The notes below the pieces were generated by a model. The model ran no database searches and was not told the DNA's origin. It saw nothing but the letters and a program-made list of their open reading frames with translations. Source: an uncultured delta proteobacterium (GTDB lineage: Bacteria > Myxococcota > Myxococcia > SLRQ01). From it: a DNA stretch of 64,000 nucleotides. Each line of letters opens with the position of its first letter. Position 1 is the stretch's first letter. A program made the translations under genes and the position numbers. Location of the stretch: assembly GCA_963727485.1 (NCBI GenBank), contig CAVSGM010000011.1:192001-256000 (forward strand), read 5' to 3'. Shown here piece by piece: positions 33,053 through 44,900 of this stretch.

Positions 33053-36000
33053 TTACGCGGCCGAGTTAGAGGTGGCTGGGTGGGCAGCTCGCGGGTCGCC
33101 GGGGGGAGGCTCCAGCGGCGATTGGTAGGGCGGACCAGGCTCGGCAGCGTCAGCTAGCGCGTCGTAGCGGTCCAGTATGGCTTCCTTGGTGACGTAGGAG
33201 CCGTGGGCCTTCTCGTCCCTTTGCCGGACGACCCAGAAGCTATCCAGGACGTGCTCGAGGTCGTCCCGGCCGAGGCCGTAGAGGTGGAAGAAGGCGGCGT
33301 CGAGCTCGGCACGGAGGATCGAGCGGCGGTCTGCGTCCCAGCGGAACGGTGGCTCGTCCCGCCGGGTCGCGTGCGAACGACGCGAGGTCCCAAGCGGTGT
33401 AGCGCCAGTTCGAGGACACGCGGGATGAGCCAGTCGAGACAGAACGAGGTCGCTTGGACCCCACGGGCAGGGCCGGCAGAGCGCGCTGGCGTGAGACAGG
33501 GGAAGCTGGCGCAGCACGTAGTAGGTCAAGTGAGGTTCCGCCGATCTTCTGGCGGGCGACGAAGTCGAACGCGAAGGCTGAGAGGATGCCCGACGCGGCA
33601 AGCACGAACGCCGGGACTGGCGAGAGCAACAGCGGCAGCTTGTGCCCAACGGCGGTGCGCGGGAACGATGGCGGAGATGACGGTCCGGGCGTCGCTGGTC
33701 CTGCAGATGTCCCGCCAGCCCAGGAGCCAGCCTCGGTCCCAGCGGCCCTCGAGCCGGGAAGCGACCTCGGACTCGGCGACCCAGTAGCGGGGGAGCACGA
33801 CGAGGTTCGGGTCGGCGTGCTGGGCGTCGTCGAACTCGGGGAGCTTGCCCTGGTTCGCCTGCGCCTGGGTCTGGCCCTCGTAGGTGCCGAAGCGGTGGTC
33901 GAACTGGTGGATCATCTTGGCTTCGTAGAGGGGCAGCCAGCGCTCGCCGTCACGCTCGAAGACGTTGCCCTCCAGCCTGGCGCCAGCGGCCTCCAGGTCT
34001 TCCCGGCTCCGAAAGAGGCCCGAGTCGTTGGCCATATCGAGCATTCGCAGGAAGGAGACCTGCCAGGGGTTGCCCTCAGGGTCGCCCTCCCGGACCAGCA
34101 CCGGGACCCGGCGGTAGATGGCCTTGGTGATCTCGGCGTCGGCGCCGGCGGAACACCGGGAGGGTCCGGGTGTTCGGGTTCATCAGCGCGATGTCCTCGG
34201 GGGACAGGCGGTAGCGCTTCGCCGGGTTGGCGAGGTCCCGGACCTGCCGGGCGTAGCCGACGAACTCGCCAAGGGGGGCAGGGCGCTCCGCCCCGGCGAG
34301 GGTGACCAGGCAGAAACGGACTGCGTGGTGCACCGCGGGAAGATGAACTCCTCGTTCTCGAAGTGGTACAGCGACGCCAGCGACCGGCTCTCCACGACGT
34401 CCTGGAGGAAGAACTTCGTCGTGTCGTCCGTGGCGATCCCGGACGGGCACGATGAAGCCCGGCTCGCCCGGTGGCGGAGACATAGCGACCGGTTGAGCTC
34501 GGCGAAGACGCTGTACGTGTTCACATCTCCCCGCCCGCAAAGCGGGTACCGTGCCGCTGTCCCGGACCAACGTGACTTCGCCTTCCGCCTGGCGCGGGCC
34601 TCCTGCCAGGCCCGCCACAGCGGCCGGGTCATCGGTCTCCGGAAGGCAGGCAATCAGCCTCTTTCGGGCCGCCGCAGTTCTTGGCGCCGCGATATCCGGG
34701 CTCGCGCCGCGAAGAACTCCTTCTCCTGGAGCTTCATACGCTCCCAAGGAGGATTCCCCAGCACCACGTCGAACCCGCCCGGGCCAGCCCGTTACTGTAT
34801 TCGGCTTCGCCCGACCTCTGCGCGCTGAACACGTCCGGGAACGCCAGGTGCCAATGCAGGAACCGGTATTGCTTGGCCAGCCGCCGCGATCTCGGCGCGT
34901 GTCGCCTGGGAGGCCGTGGACGGGTCCTGGGCCATCGCCTGCACACTCCGCGTGCGTCGGCGCACCGGCGCGCCTTTCTCCGGCCTTGCCGGCCACACGA
35001 AGGCGGCTGCACCAGGCGTCGGCAGCCAGGTGCGCCTGCGGTATCCGCCGGATCGGCCACGAGTTGCCGTAGAGCGCCTCCTTCGCGTGGACCGCATCGA
35101 GCGTCGCGTCGTCCCAGGTTTCAAGCCGCGCCAGCTGTCGGGAAGCCGGGAACCTGCTGGTCCTGCTCGCTCAAGGCCCGCTGGAAGGACATGCTTGCCT
35201 CTTCCGTTCCTGGCTGTTGCGTTCTTGAGTAGCTGGACGAAGTCGGGTCGTCGCCGTCGATCGGCTCCGCAGGCGCCGTCCGGGATCCGCCTTCCGCGAG
35301 CAGCTTCGGCGTGGCCCCGAGCAGGCTGTTGCCCGGCTGGATGTGGTGGTCCAGGAACGACAGCGGCTTGCCCGGCTCCAGCGCCTCCATCCACAGGCGA
35401 CACCTTGCACAGCTCCACGGCCAGCGGGTTCAGGTCGACGCCGTAAGATGCAGCGCCCGACCACGTCCCGCAGCGCCTCTGCGCAGCGCCTCCGGGCTCG
35501 CCTCCTCGTCTCCCGTCCGGACCGACGCCAGGCCGGGTGCGATCCGCCGCGCGGCCGCCACCAGGAAGTGCCCCGAGCCCGCGGCCGGGTCGCACACCTT
35601 CAGGTCCAGCAGCGCTTGCTCCGGGTCTTTCGCCTTCGCTGCCCGTCGAGTACCGGCTCCAGCGCCGAGTCCAGCAGCGCCTCCACCAGCGGCGTCGGCG
35701 TGTAGTAGCTCCCCGTCGTCTTCCGTTCGTGGCCGGCGGCCGTCGTCGAGCTCGAAGGCCCGGCCTCCCGGTTCATCTGGGGATGCAGCTCCAGCAGGCT
35801 CTCGTAGACGCTCCCCAGCTCCTCCGCGCCCAGCGTCCGCCAGTTCACCGGCATCAGCTGCTGGTCCCGCGTCCGTATGTACGCAGAGGCGCCCGGAGCG
35901 CGTTCAGCAGATCCTCGTTGTGCAGCTCCGCGTCCACCTACCCAGGCGCAGCGCGTCCCTGCTCCACAGGAAGCTGCCCAGCGCCGGCAGCCCCAGCTCC

Positions 36001-37087
36001 GGGCAGCCCCGGCGAGCTTCCCCATCACCAGCCGGAGGCCGCGCCACAGGTCCGACGTGCCGCCGTGCCCCGTGCGTCGGCCCGACAGCTCCCGCAGCCG
36101 GTCGGTCGCGTAGTACTGCGTGTAGCGATCGCCGCGCCTCTCGGCGCCGCCTGCGGATCCAGCAGCACCTCCCGGTCCTCCGCCACGAACAGGAAGATCA
36201 GTCGGTACACCAGCCGCAGGAGCTCCCGGTAGTAGCTCCTGCGTGTCGAGCGCCCCACTCGCCAGCGACTGCTGCAGCTTCCCGTTCGCCGCCGTGCTGC
36301 AGGAAGCCCGCGCCCAGCGCCTCGATCGCGCTGCTCCACGCCCGACCGCAGCCGGTCCAGCGCCCGGATCCCTTCTTCCCGCGACCGTTGGAACCACGTG
36401 CTCCAGCCAGCACGACTCGGGTCCTCCGCTTCCACCCGGCTCTGGTGGCACACCAGCCACAGCAGCCGGAAGTCGCGAGAACAGCTCCCCCGTCGAAGAT
36501 CGCTTCCAGGTCGAACTCCACGTACGCCTGGCGCGACAGGCTGTGGTGTCCCGCAGCACCCGCAGCACCCGGCCGTTCGACACGAATGCCCCACAGGTGC
36601 GCCTCCGACCGGTTCAGGAACTCCTGCACCAGGCTGTGCGGCGCCGCCGCCGCCGCCCCGCCACCCCCGCCGCGCGTCGGTCGATGCTCACGCCGGCACC
36701 CACCAGGTGGATCGGCGTCCGCGCCCACAGGTGCGAGATCGCAAACGTCTTCCCCTCGATCTCCGCCGCTGCCGTACGCTGCAGCCGTCCGTAGCCCAGT
36801 TCCTCGAACAGCGGCAGCAGCCACCGGTCCCGCGTCACCCTGATCGCCGGATCCCCCTCCGGCAGCCGACCCAGCTCCTCGCGCAGGGCCGCCCAAGCCC
36901 CCAGCAGTCGGGTCCACGCCCGGTTCGCCACCTCGCCGACCCGCTCCTGGGGCAGCAGGTGGTAGTCCGCCGCCGACATCCCCGGGAGCTTCGGGTCCCC
37001 CGCGGCGACCCGCTGGAGGAAGCTCTCCGGGAACAGGCCCCCCTCGATGTGCAGGGCGCCGAAGCCGTCCATCGCCCGCCGCCTCAT
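33053..37087 (-). CDS. Large N6-adenine DNA methyltransferase (Eco57I/DrmMI-like), many frameshifts
   Basis: [70 protein letters not shown]. Confidence 0.88.
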
Positions 37088-39909
37088 GCCGCACCTCCCG
37101 TCACCGGGAAGAAGAGGTAGGTGCCCAGGACATCCGGTGGCAGGTGGGCCTCGACCTTGGTGGCTCGAACCCGCATGTCCGCCGCTTTGCGGACCCGCCG
37201 GTGGGCCTCGAGGAGCGCCTCGGCCCGGGCCTTGGCGAACTCCGCCAGCGCCGGGTCCAGGCTCGGGAGCTGGCCGACGAGCTCCTCGATCTTGCGCTTG
37301 CCCATGTCGGCCGGAAGGTTCTCGTCGGCCGTGGCCCCGAGGAGCGCCTCGGCCTCGTCGTCGTCGAGCCACTCGGGCGCATCCGGCGTCCCCCGGAACG
37401 CCCGCACCGCCACGTCCTCGGCCAGCAGCGGCCGGGCGACCCCCTGGCGGTCCTCGACCACCAGGTGGAACCGCATCCGCACCAACAGCGCCGTGCACCG
37501 CCCGGAGACCGCCCTGGTCCGGATCACCGCCGCGCGCCGCGCCGGTCCCTCCGACGCGCTGTCCAGCGCCGCCTCCAGCACCCGCTCTGCCAACGCCGCC
37601 ACGAAGGGGTGGGTGCGGGTGAGGACCTCCGTGCCCGGGGTGGGCGCCGCCGAGTCGAAGCTCAGCTTGAGCCGCCACTTGCCTTCCGGCGCCAGGGTCT
37701 CCCGGAGAGCCTTGGGAAGCTCCTCCAGGTCCACTCGGACCGGCTTGCCGTCGGCGAGCCCCGCGCCCCAGCCGCGCAGACTGTCCATGGTGAAGGCCCT
37801 CACGTCCGCCGCGCCACCGACCGCCTGGCGCGCCGCCGCCACCTCGGTGGCGACCTCCTTCACGTCGATGGCGTGCTGGGCGAAGAGCGTGCGGTTCTTC
37901 TTCTCCCGCTCCGCCGCCGCCTCCCAGACTACCCCGACCTCCTGCTCCTTCTGCTCGACGATGGGCAGGGAGTACTGCCGGCTATCCTTGGCGACCCCGC
38001 CCTTGAGGAGGCCGTCGATGACCGCCTCGAGCACCGCCCCGGTGTCGAGAGGCACCGGCACGCTCACCCCGAGGACCTTCATGATCGTCTCGTGGCGCTT
38101 GAGGAGCACCCGCTGAACGATGCCGTCGACCGGGTTGTCCTCACCGACGAAGGTGAGCACCCGGACCTTCTTCTTCTCCTGTCCGTACCGGTCGACCCGG
38201 CCCTCGCGTTGCTCATGCCGGGTGGGGTTCCAGGCCAGGTCGTAGTGCATCACCGCGTCGAAGGCCGACTGGAGGTTCACGCCCTCCGAGAGACAGTCCG
38301 TGGCCACCAGGATCCGCTTCTCGTGCTCTGCGAGCTCGGCGACCTGCGCCTCCCGGGCCTCGTTCGCGAGCTGCCCCGTGACCCCCCGCACCTCCACCTT
38401 GCCCTTGAAGTGCTTCCGCAGTGCCTCCACCAGGTAGTCCACCGTGGGAATGAACCGGCAGAAGACGATGGGCGAGTACTTCTTCCCCACCAGGGTGTCG
38501 AGCTGCTTGATGGCCGCCTGGAGCTTGTGGTCCTCCTTGCCGGCGAGGGCCTCGGCGTCCTTGGCGAGCTTGAGGAGCCGGCGCCGCTCGGGGGTGTCCG
38601 TCTCGTCGATCTGGCTGCCGGGCGCCACGTCGATGCCCTCGGCCGTCTCGTCGTCCTGGTCCATGACCGTTCGCCGGCCCAGGTCGTCCGCCTCCTCGGG
38701 GGTGGTGGTGTCTGCCGGCGCCGCCCGGTTGCGCAGGGTTGCCGCGGCCGCCGCTGGGCTCGAGGACAGGGACCGCAGGAGCGCCAGGGCCGACCACCAC
38801 CGGACCCGCTGGTGCACCTCGCCGCCCTCCGTGTCCGAGACCGTCTCCCGGGCCCACTTGAGCACCTTCTCGAAGAACGCCCGGTACTTCGGCGACCAGC
38901 GGTAGGTGGCGTCGGCGCGCTCCCGGGTCGGGAACGGTGTCTCCGTGTCCAGGTAGGCCTTCACGTCGCCGCGCCGGCGTTGGACCAGGTGCCGCGCGAG
39001 CTGGCTGCGCGCGCGCCGGTTGCCCTCGCCCGAGAGATCCTCGGGGAGGTCGGCGAAGGTCGGGTCCAGGAGCGAGAGCAGGGAGCGGAAGGCCGCCTGC
39101 TTCCCGCTGTGGGGGGTGGCGGTGACCAGGATCAGGTGTCGCGTCGGGTCCTTGGCCAGGTCCTGGAGCAGCTTGTGGCGCATCTGCCCCGAGCGCCCGG
39201 CTCCGATGTCGGTGCAGGTGTGGGCCTCGTCGACGATGACCAGCTCCGGCGCCGCGCGCACGAACTCCGCCCGCCGCCGCTCGCTCTTGGCATAGTCGAT
39301 GGAGGCGACCACGTGGGGGTAGTGGTCCAGGAGGGACTCGTTGGGCCCGAGGCCCGCCGATCGCTCCAGCCGCGCCACTGTGCCCGGCAGCACCACCTCC
39401 GCGGGGATGTGGAAGAGGTCCACCATCGCCCGCTGCCACTGGTCGGCGAGGTGCGGCGGGCAGAGCACCGCGATGCGCCGGATCTCCGCCCGGTCCAGCA
39501 GCTCCCGGGCGATGAGCAGCGCCTCGATGGTCTTGCCCACACCCACGTCGTCGGCGAGGAGCAGGCGCACCGGGTCGAGGCGGAGCGCCATGAGCAAGGG
39601 CACCAGCTGGTACGGCCGCGGCTCCACCCGGATCTGGCCCAGCGACCGGAAGGGCCCCGCGCTGGAGCGGAACCCCAGGCGTACCGCGTCGCGCAGGAGC
39701 CGCGCCGCCCGGTCGTTGCCCAGGTCCCGCGAGGGGTCCGGCGGCAGGAACTTCGCCGCCTGCACGTCCTCGAGCTCGAGGAGGAAGCCGGCCACCTCGT
39801 CCTCGCTTCCGGTGAGCGGCCTGGCGACCAGGACGTCGTCGGTAGACTCCGGCAGCACCACCCACTCGCGTCCCCGAGCGGTAACGAGCGATCCCACGGC
39901 GAAGCTCAT
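37084..39909 (-). CDS. SNF2-family helicase (DrmD-like), intact 941 aa
   Basis: PRPYQ, LLADDVGVGKT, DEAH, TATPHSG, SEGVNLQ, WNPTRHEQREGRVDR. Confidence 0.92.
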   Translation of the reverse strand: MSFAVGSLVTARGREWVVLPESTDDVLVARPLTGSEDEVAGFLLELEDVQAAKFLPPDPSRDLGNDRAARLLRDAVRLGFRSSAGPFRSLGQIRVEPRPYQLVPLLMALRLDPVRLLLADDVGVGKTIEALLIARELLDRAEIRRIAVLCPPHLADQWQRAMVDLFHIPAEVVLPGTVARLERSAGLGPNESLLDHYPHVVASIDYAKSERRRAEFVRAAPELVIVDEAHTCTDIGAGRSGQMRHKLLQDLAKDPTRHLILVTATPHSGKQAAFRSLLSLLDPTFADLPEDLSGEGNRRARSQLARHLVQRRRGDVKAYLDTETPFPTRERADATYRWSPKYRAFFEKVLKWARETVSDTEGGEVHQRVRWWSALALLRSLSSSPAAAAATLRNRAAPADTTTPEEADDLGRRTVMDQDDETAEGIDVAPGSQIDETDTPERRRLLKLAKDAEALAGKEDHKLQAAIKQLDTLVGKKYSPIVFCRFIPTVDYLVEALRKHFKGKVEVRGVTGQLANEAREAQVAELAEHEKRILVATDCLSEGVNLQSAFDAVMHYDLAWNPTRHEQREGRVDRYGQEKKKVRVLTFVGEDNPVDGIVQRVLLKRHETIMKVLGVSVPVPLDTGAVLEAVIDGLLKGGVAKDSRQYSLPIVEQKEQEVGVVWEAAAEREKKNRTLFAQHAIDVKEVATEVAAARQAVGGAADVRAFTMDSLRGWGAGLADGKPVRVDLEELPKALRETLAPEGKWRLKLSFDSAAPTPGTEVLTRTHPFVAALAERVLEAALDSASEGPARRAAVIRTRAVSGRCTALLVRMRFHLVVEDRQGVARPLLAEDVAVRAFRGTPDAPEWLDDDEAEALLGATADENLPADMGKRKIEELVGQLPSLDPALAEFAKARAEALLEAHRRVRKAADMRVRATKVEAHLPPDVLGTYLFFPVTGGAA

Positions 39910-41973
39910 GCGGCGGCCTCCGGCTCGACGAGGTGTGCCAGCGGTTCCAGGAACGCGCTGGGCTTCTTGGCCCAGGTGACGACCAGCTCGTCACGGGCGC
40001 GGGTCATGGCGACGTAGAGGAGCTGGCGCTCCCGGTCGGTAGCGGCGGCGCGGTCGATCGGGTCCTTCTCGCTCTTCACCGCCGCCGGCAGCGGCAGGTA
40101 CTTGCGGGCGCAGCTCGCCACCAGGACCGCCTTGAACTCGAGGCCCTTGGCACCGTGCATGGTGCCGAACCCGATGCCCTCGCCATCCTCGGCGCCGGCG
40201 GCGAGGCGGCGGCAAGGCAGCCCGGCCGCTTCCGCCGCCTCCCGGAGCGCCGTGGCCCGGCTCCCGGTCCGGGCGAAGACGGCGATCGCCTCCGGCTTCA
40301 GGCCCCCGTCGATCCAGGCGCGGAGCTGGTCCACCACCCCGTCGGCCTCGTCGGCCTCGCCCTCGAAGCTCCGGAGGGTCGGCTCCGGTCCCTTGAGGAG
40401 GCTGCGCGTTCCCTGGCGTGACTCGGTGCCGGCGTCGAGGTCGTCTACCTCGTCGCCGAGAACCCGGTCCGCCGCCCGCCGGATCTCTTCGGTCGTCCGG
40501 TAGTTGAGGCGCAGGACGTGCGAGCGGCCGCGGACGTCGAGGCCCAGGGCCGTGAGGCTGAACCCGCCGGGGTAGATGCGCTGACCCGCATCTCCGAGGA
40601 GCATCAGCCGGTCGCCGTGGTCGCCCACCAGGCTGGCCAGAAAGGCCAGGTCCGGTGCCTTGAGGTCCTGGATTTCGTCGACCACCACCGCGTCGTAGGG
40701 AACCTTGACCCGGCCTGCCTTCACCGCGTCCTCGGCGAGGCGGCAGAAGGTCGGCCAGTCCGCCTGGCTGCGGGAGGCGAGCTCCCCGCGAATGGCCTCG
40801 AAGGCGGGCCACAGGGCCTTGCGCTCGCGCGCCGAGAGGGGTGTCCCGCGCCCGGTCCGGCGCGCCGACCGGTACGCCTTCCAGCTCTGGATGCCCTGGG
40901 CGTGGATCACGTGCTCCCACTCCGCCCCGACGAAGTCGGGATCCTCCGGGAGCTCTGCCCGCTGCAGCACCGACTTCACCAGGGCGCGCAGCTCCGTGTC
41001 CTTGACCGTTTCGAGCGTCTTCCCGTCGGCCTGCGCCAGGTCCCGGGCCTGCTTGTGCACCGTGCTCACCGTGATCCGGGCGCGGACCTCGGGAACGCAC
41101 AGCAGGTCGAGGCTGCGCTCGAGGTTGCGGGCCAGGGTGGTGGTGAAGGTCGTGAAGAGCACCTGGTGTCCCTGCTGGGCCAGCCGGCGTGCCCGGTGGA
41201 GCCCGACCACCGTCTTCCCCGTGCCGGCGGCTCCTGTGACCTTGACCGGACCCTTGTAGGTCCCCTCGACGAGCGCCCGCTGGGAGGGGTGGAGGAACGC
41301 CATCCACTGCTCCAGGGGCGCCTCGAGAATCGCCTGGAGCTCGTCCTCGCGCTCCACCACGAAGAACCGCCGCCGGAGGTCCGGGCTGTCCTGCACCAGC
41401 CGGTTCGGGGCCACCGGGGCAGGGGGTGTGGGCAGCTCGCCCGCCGCCAGCGACAGCAGCCGCTCCTGCACGTCCTCCGGGAGATTGCCGATGACCTCGA
41501 AGAGCTTGTCCTCGGAGCGCACCTCGCGCACCACCGGGAGCCAGTTCTCGGGAACGCCGAGGCTCAAGAGGTACTTGTCGGCGCGGCTCTGGAAGAGCGG
41601 CGGCGCCTCGGTCTTCTCGATGATCCGCTGGATCTCCTTGATCGTCTCGACGCGCTCGACCACCTGGAGCTGCCCGGTCACCGGGTGGAAGCCCACCTCG
41701 CGCCGCTCTGCCCAGCGATAGGCGGCGTCGTGGTGGTCCGCGTGGAGGATCGCCCAGGTGTCCCCGTTCTTGTGGAGGATGGCTCGGATGTCCTGGTTGA
41801 TCCGAGCGCTCCACAGGTCCTTCGACCTGGTGTCGGTCGATCCGCTCCAGGCTCAGGCTCGGGTGCTTGGGGTTCTCCCGAAAGTGCTCGAGGAAGTCGA
41901 CTGCCAGGCCCTTCTCGCCAACCGTGAGGCCGGCCAGGGATGAGAAGAAGTCCTTGTCGATGATCAGCTCCAT
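39906..41973 (-). CDS. UvrD/REP-type SF1 helicase with N-terminal RelE/ParE-like domain (frameshift near 41830)
   Basis: FLHPSQ, GAAGTGKT, VDEIQD, GDAGQRIY, NYRTT, YVAMTRAR; N-term F.ENP.HPSL.LE...WSARIN..IRAI...DHHD.AY. Confidence 0.88.
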
Positions 41974-44900
41974 CAGCTTTCCCCCTCCAGCAGTTCGAGA
42001 ACGCGCGCGGCTGCGTCGGCCGCGGTCGGGTCCAGGAGCAGGCAGCGGTCGCCCCCGGCGCGACAGGCCTGCGCCACGACGTCGGCCTCCGGGGCCCCGG
42101 CGGAGACCAGCGCCACTCGAGCCCCGTCTCGGCCGGCCCAGGCGTGCACTTGGCCGGCTACGCGGTCCCCGGCCATGACGTCCCCCCCGGGCTCCATGGT
42201 GACCCCGTGCTCTTCGGAGAGCTGGCGGACCAGCGAGTGCCAGGGGTCGTCGAAGAGGTCGAGCGGTAGCTCGGTTGGAGCCTCGACCTCGGCCGCCGTC
42301 TCCGGGGCGGCGCTGCTCGGGGTCGGGGACGGAGGGTTCCCGAACGTGGAGGCGTACTGGGCGAAGGTCTCGGCCCAGGTCTCGGGCTCCTCGAATCGGA
42401 TAGCGAACCATCCCTGGTCCTCAAGCTCATTCACCACCCCCGGTCGGTCATGGGGCAATCCGGCGATGAGCACCGCCGTGCCATTCGGGTACTCGAAGTC
42501 GATGGGGGTGCCTGCCTTGGTCTTGGCGTTCGCCTGCAGCGGCAGGTGCAGCCCCTGGGTGTTCACCTGGTCGAGCCACTGCCTTGCCGTCTCGCAGGTG
42601 GCCTCCTCCTGCATCCGGCTGATTTGGGTGCGGATCGGCTCCGGCTCCGGGTCGGCGTCGACGGAGCCGTTGGACCAGGCGAGCAAGAGGTCGCGCACCA
42701 GGTGCCGGTCGAGCATCCGGTGCTCACGCTGGTTGTAGTAGGAGAGCAGGCAGTCGTAGCACGCCGCCTCGCAGTCCTCCTGGGCGCCCGGGGCCCGGTG
42801 CTCGTCCGCACCGGTCTCCTTGTCGAAGTGGGTCACCTCGAGGGCGCGGGCGGCAACGGCAGCCAGCGTCTTGGGGCCCTCGACAAGCTCCTTGAGCACC
42901 CCGGCGCCGCCCTCGGCCGCCTCGTAGAAGAGGATGGCCCGGCGGTCGTGCTCGTCGGGGAGCGGCTCGGCGGCGAGCTCCGCGTCCTCGAGCTGGAAGT
43001 GCAGGAGGATGGCTGCCTTCAGCGCGGCTTGCAGGGAGGCCAGGGTGGCGTCGTCCTCGATCCCTTCGGGCTGCAGAACGAGGCAGTTGCGGCGGTCCTC
43101 CACGAAGGGCAGGACCCGCTTGGTCTTGGGGCCCACGGCATCCGCGTTGGCGTCGTCGGCGTCGGACTGGCTCCGGGCCCAGAAGCCCCGCTCGACGTCG
43201 AGGATGAAGCCCTCGGCAGCGTCCGCTCGCTGGCGCCGCCAGCCCATGTTCATGCGCCAGAGGGTCGCCGCGTGTCCGTAGGTGAGCCCGGCCCGGAGGT
43301 CTCCGTCTGCATCCCGAAGGCGACCCTTCCGGGCGGAGATCCGACCCTGCCGCTCGGCGAACCGGACGGCGGTCCGCAGCTCGTAGCCCAGCCGCTGGCG
43401 CTCCTCCTCGTCGGAGTTGATGCGGTCGCGGCGCCGGGTGGCGACGTTCTGCATCCGGAAGAGGTTGTCTCGGGGAGCCGGCAGGGAGGCGTCGCAGAGC
43501 TCACAGAGGTCGGGTGGCGGTGCCGCCCTCTACCGCGGTGGAAGTAGCCGCACGCGTCGCACCGCACGGCGCTCCGGTGATGGCGTCATTGCGTCGCGTG
43601 CGACCGGCAGGATGACCTTGTTGATCACGTACCGAGAGCCCTCGTGGTAGATGATGGCTGCGCGGCCCGAACTCGGAGATCGCCAGGAACCGCGGCCGGC
43701 TGAAGGAACTCGTCCCGCCCTTGCCGCCCCGCCGCCCGGGAGGAACGCCGAGAGTGGCAGGCGGGGGAAGTTGTAGCCCGGGAGGAAGCCCTCGCTGGCG
43801 AAGTAGCGGTAGCTGTAGAAGTCGGAGTGCCGCCGCCTCGCCCGCCTCGATGAGCAGCTCGAGCTGGGCCTCGGCCTCGGCCCGAAGGCGGCGGGCCTGG
43901 CTGCGGTCGCTGGGGCTCCGCGTGGGGTCGGTAGCGATGGCCTGCTGCCGATTCGGACTGGGCGAGGGCGGAGCTGTAGAGGTCCCGCCACCGGCGCACG
44001 CTTGGTCGAAGGCCTTGCGGGACCTCGTCGAGGACCTCGCTTGATCCACCCGCCGGCATCGGCGTCGATGTGGTCGTGGACGACTGCCCCCAGGCATTCG
44101 ATGGCGCGGTTCAGCGCCCTCGCTCGAGCCGCGGCATCCTCGAGCTTGGCGCGCACGTGGGCGCGGATGGGCAGCTTCTCGGACTGAAGGTCCAGGACGG
44201 TCTCCAGGCTCTTGCCCAGGTTGAGGCTCGCCTCCCGAATCCACAGCGCGTGGATGTGGGCCCGGACCAGGTCCTCGTTCCCCAGGTCGAGGCGCGGCGG
44301 CTTCACCGCCCCGGCGACCATCTGGTCGGGCCGCTTGAAGAAGTACTGGTCGTGCGGGCTCCCGGCCGAGCAGTAGGTGACCACGAGGGCCGGATTGCCG
44401 CCGCGGCCTGCCCGGCCGCTGCGCTGGGCGTAGTTCGCCGGGGTCGGCGGTACGTTGCGCAGGCCCACCACGTTGAGCTGCCGGATGTCGACCCCGAGCT
44501 CCATCGTCGGCGAGCAGAAGAGGATCGGGAGGTCGCCCTCGCGGAAGCGCTCCTCGCGCTCGGTGCGCAGGGTGTCGATGACCTGGGCGGTGTGCTCCCG
44601 GGCCTCGAGGCCGTTCAGGTCGGGCGCCTTCTCCTGGTAGAAGTGGACGAAGAAGTCGTTGGTGGACAGGCCCCCCTCGGGTGCACGCGGCACTCGGACC
44701 TTGTCGTGGAAGGCCTGCCTGCCCTCCCCGGCATGCCAGACGAAGGCCGACGACTTGAGCTGGTAGCCCTCTGGCTGGTCCTGCTTGGGTGGATCGATCC
44801 GCCGAACGAGACCGCCCCGGCGAAGCACCTCGAGGAGCCCGCGGATGATGGCCTCGCTGTCCGTGAGGCTCAGCGGGCCTGCGGTGGGGAAGGTGTCGGG

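Noticed and set aside
37144..40017. Long antisense ORFs (e.g. 957 aa here, 969 aa at 60628-63537, 538 aa at 3634-5250)
   Set aside because: Shadow ORFs typical of high-GC DNA, lying opposite well-supported genes and lacking recognisable motifs
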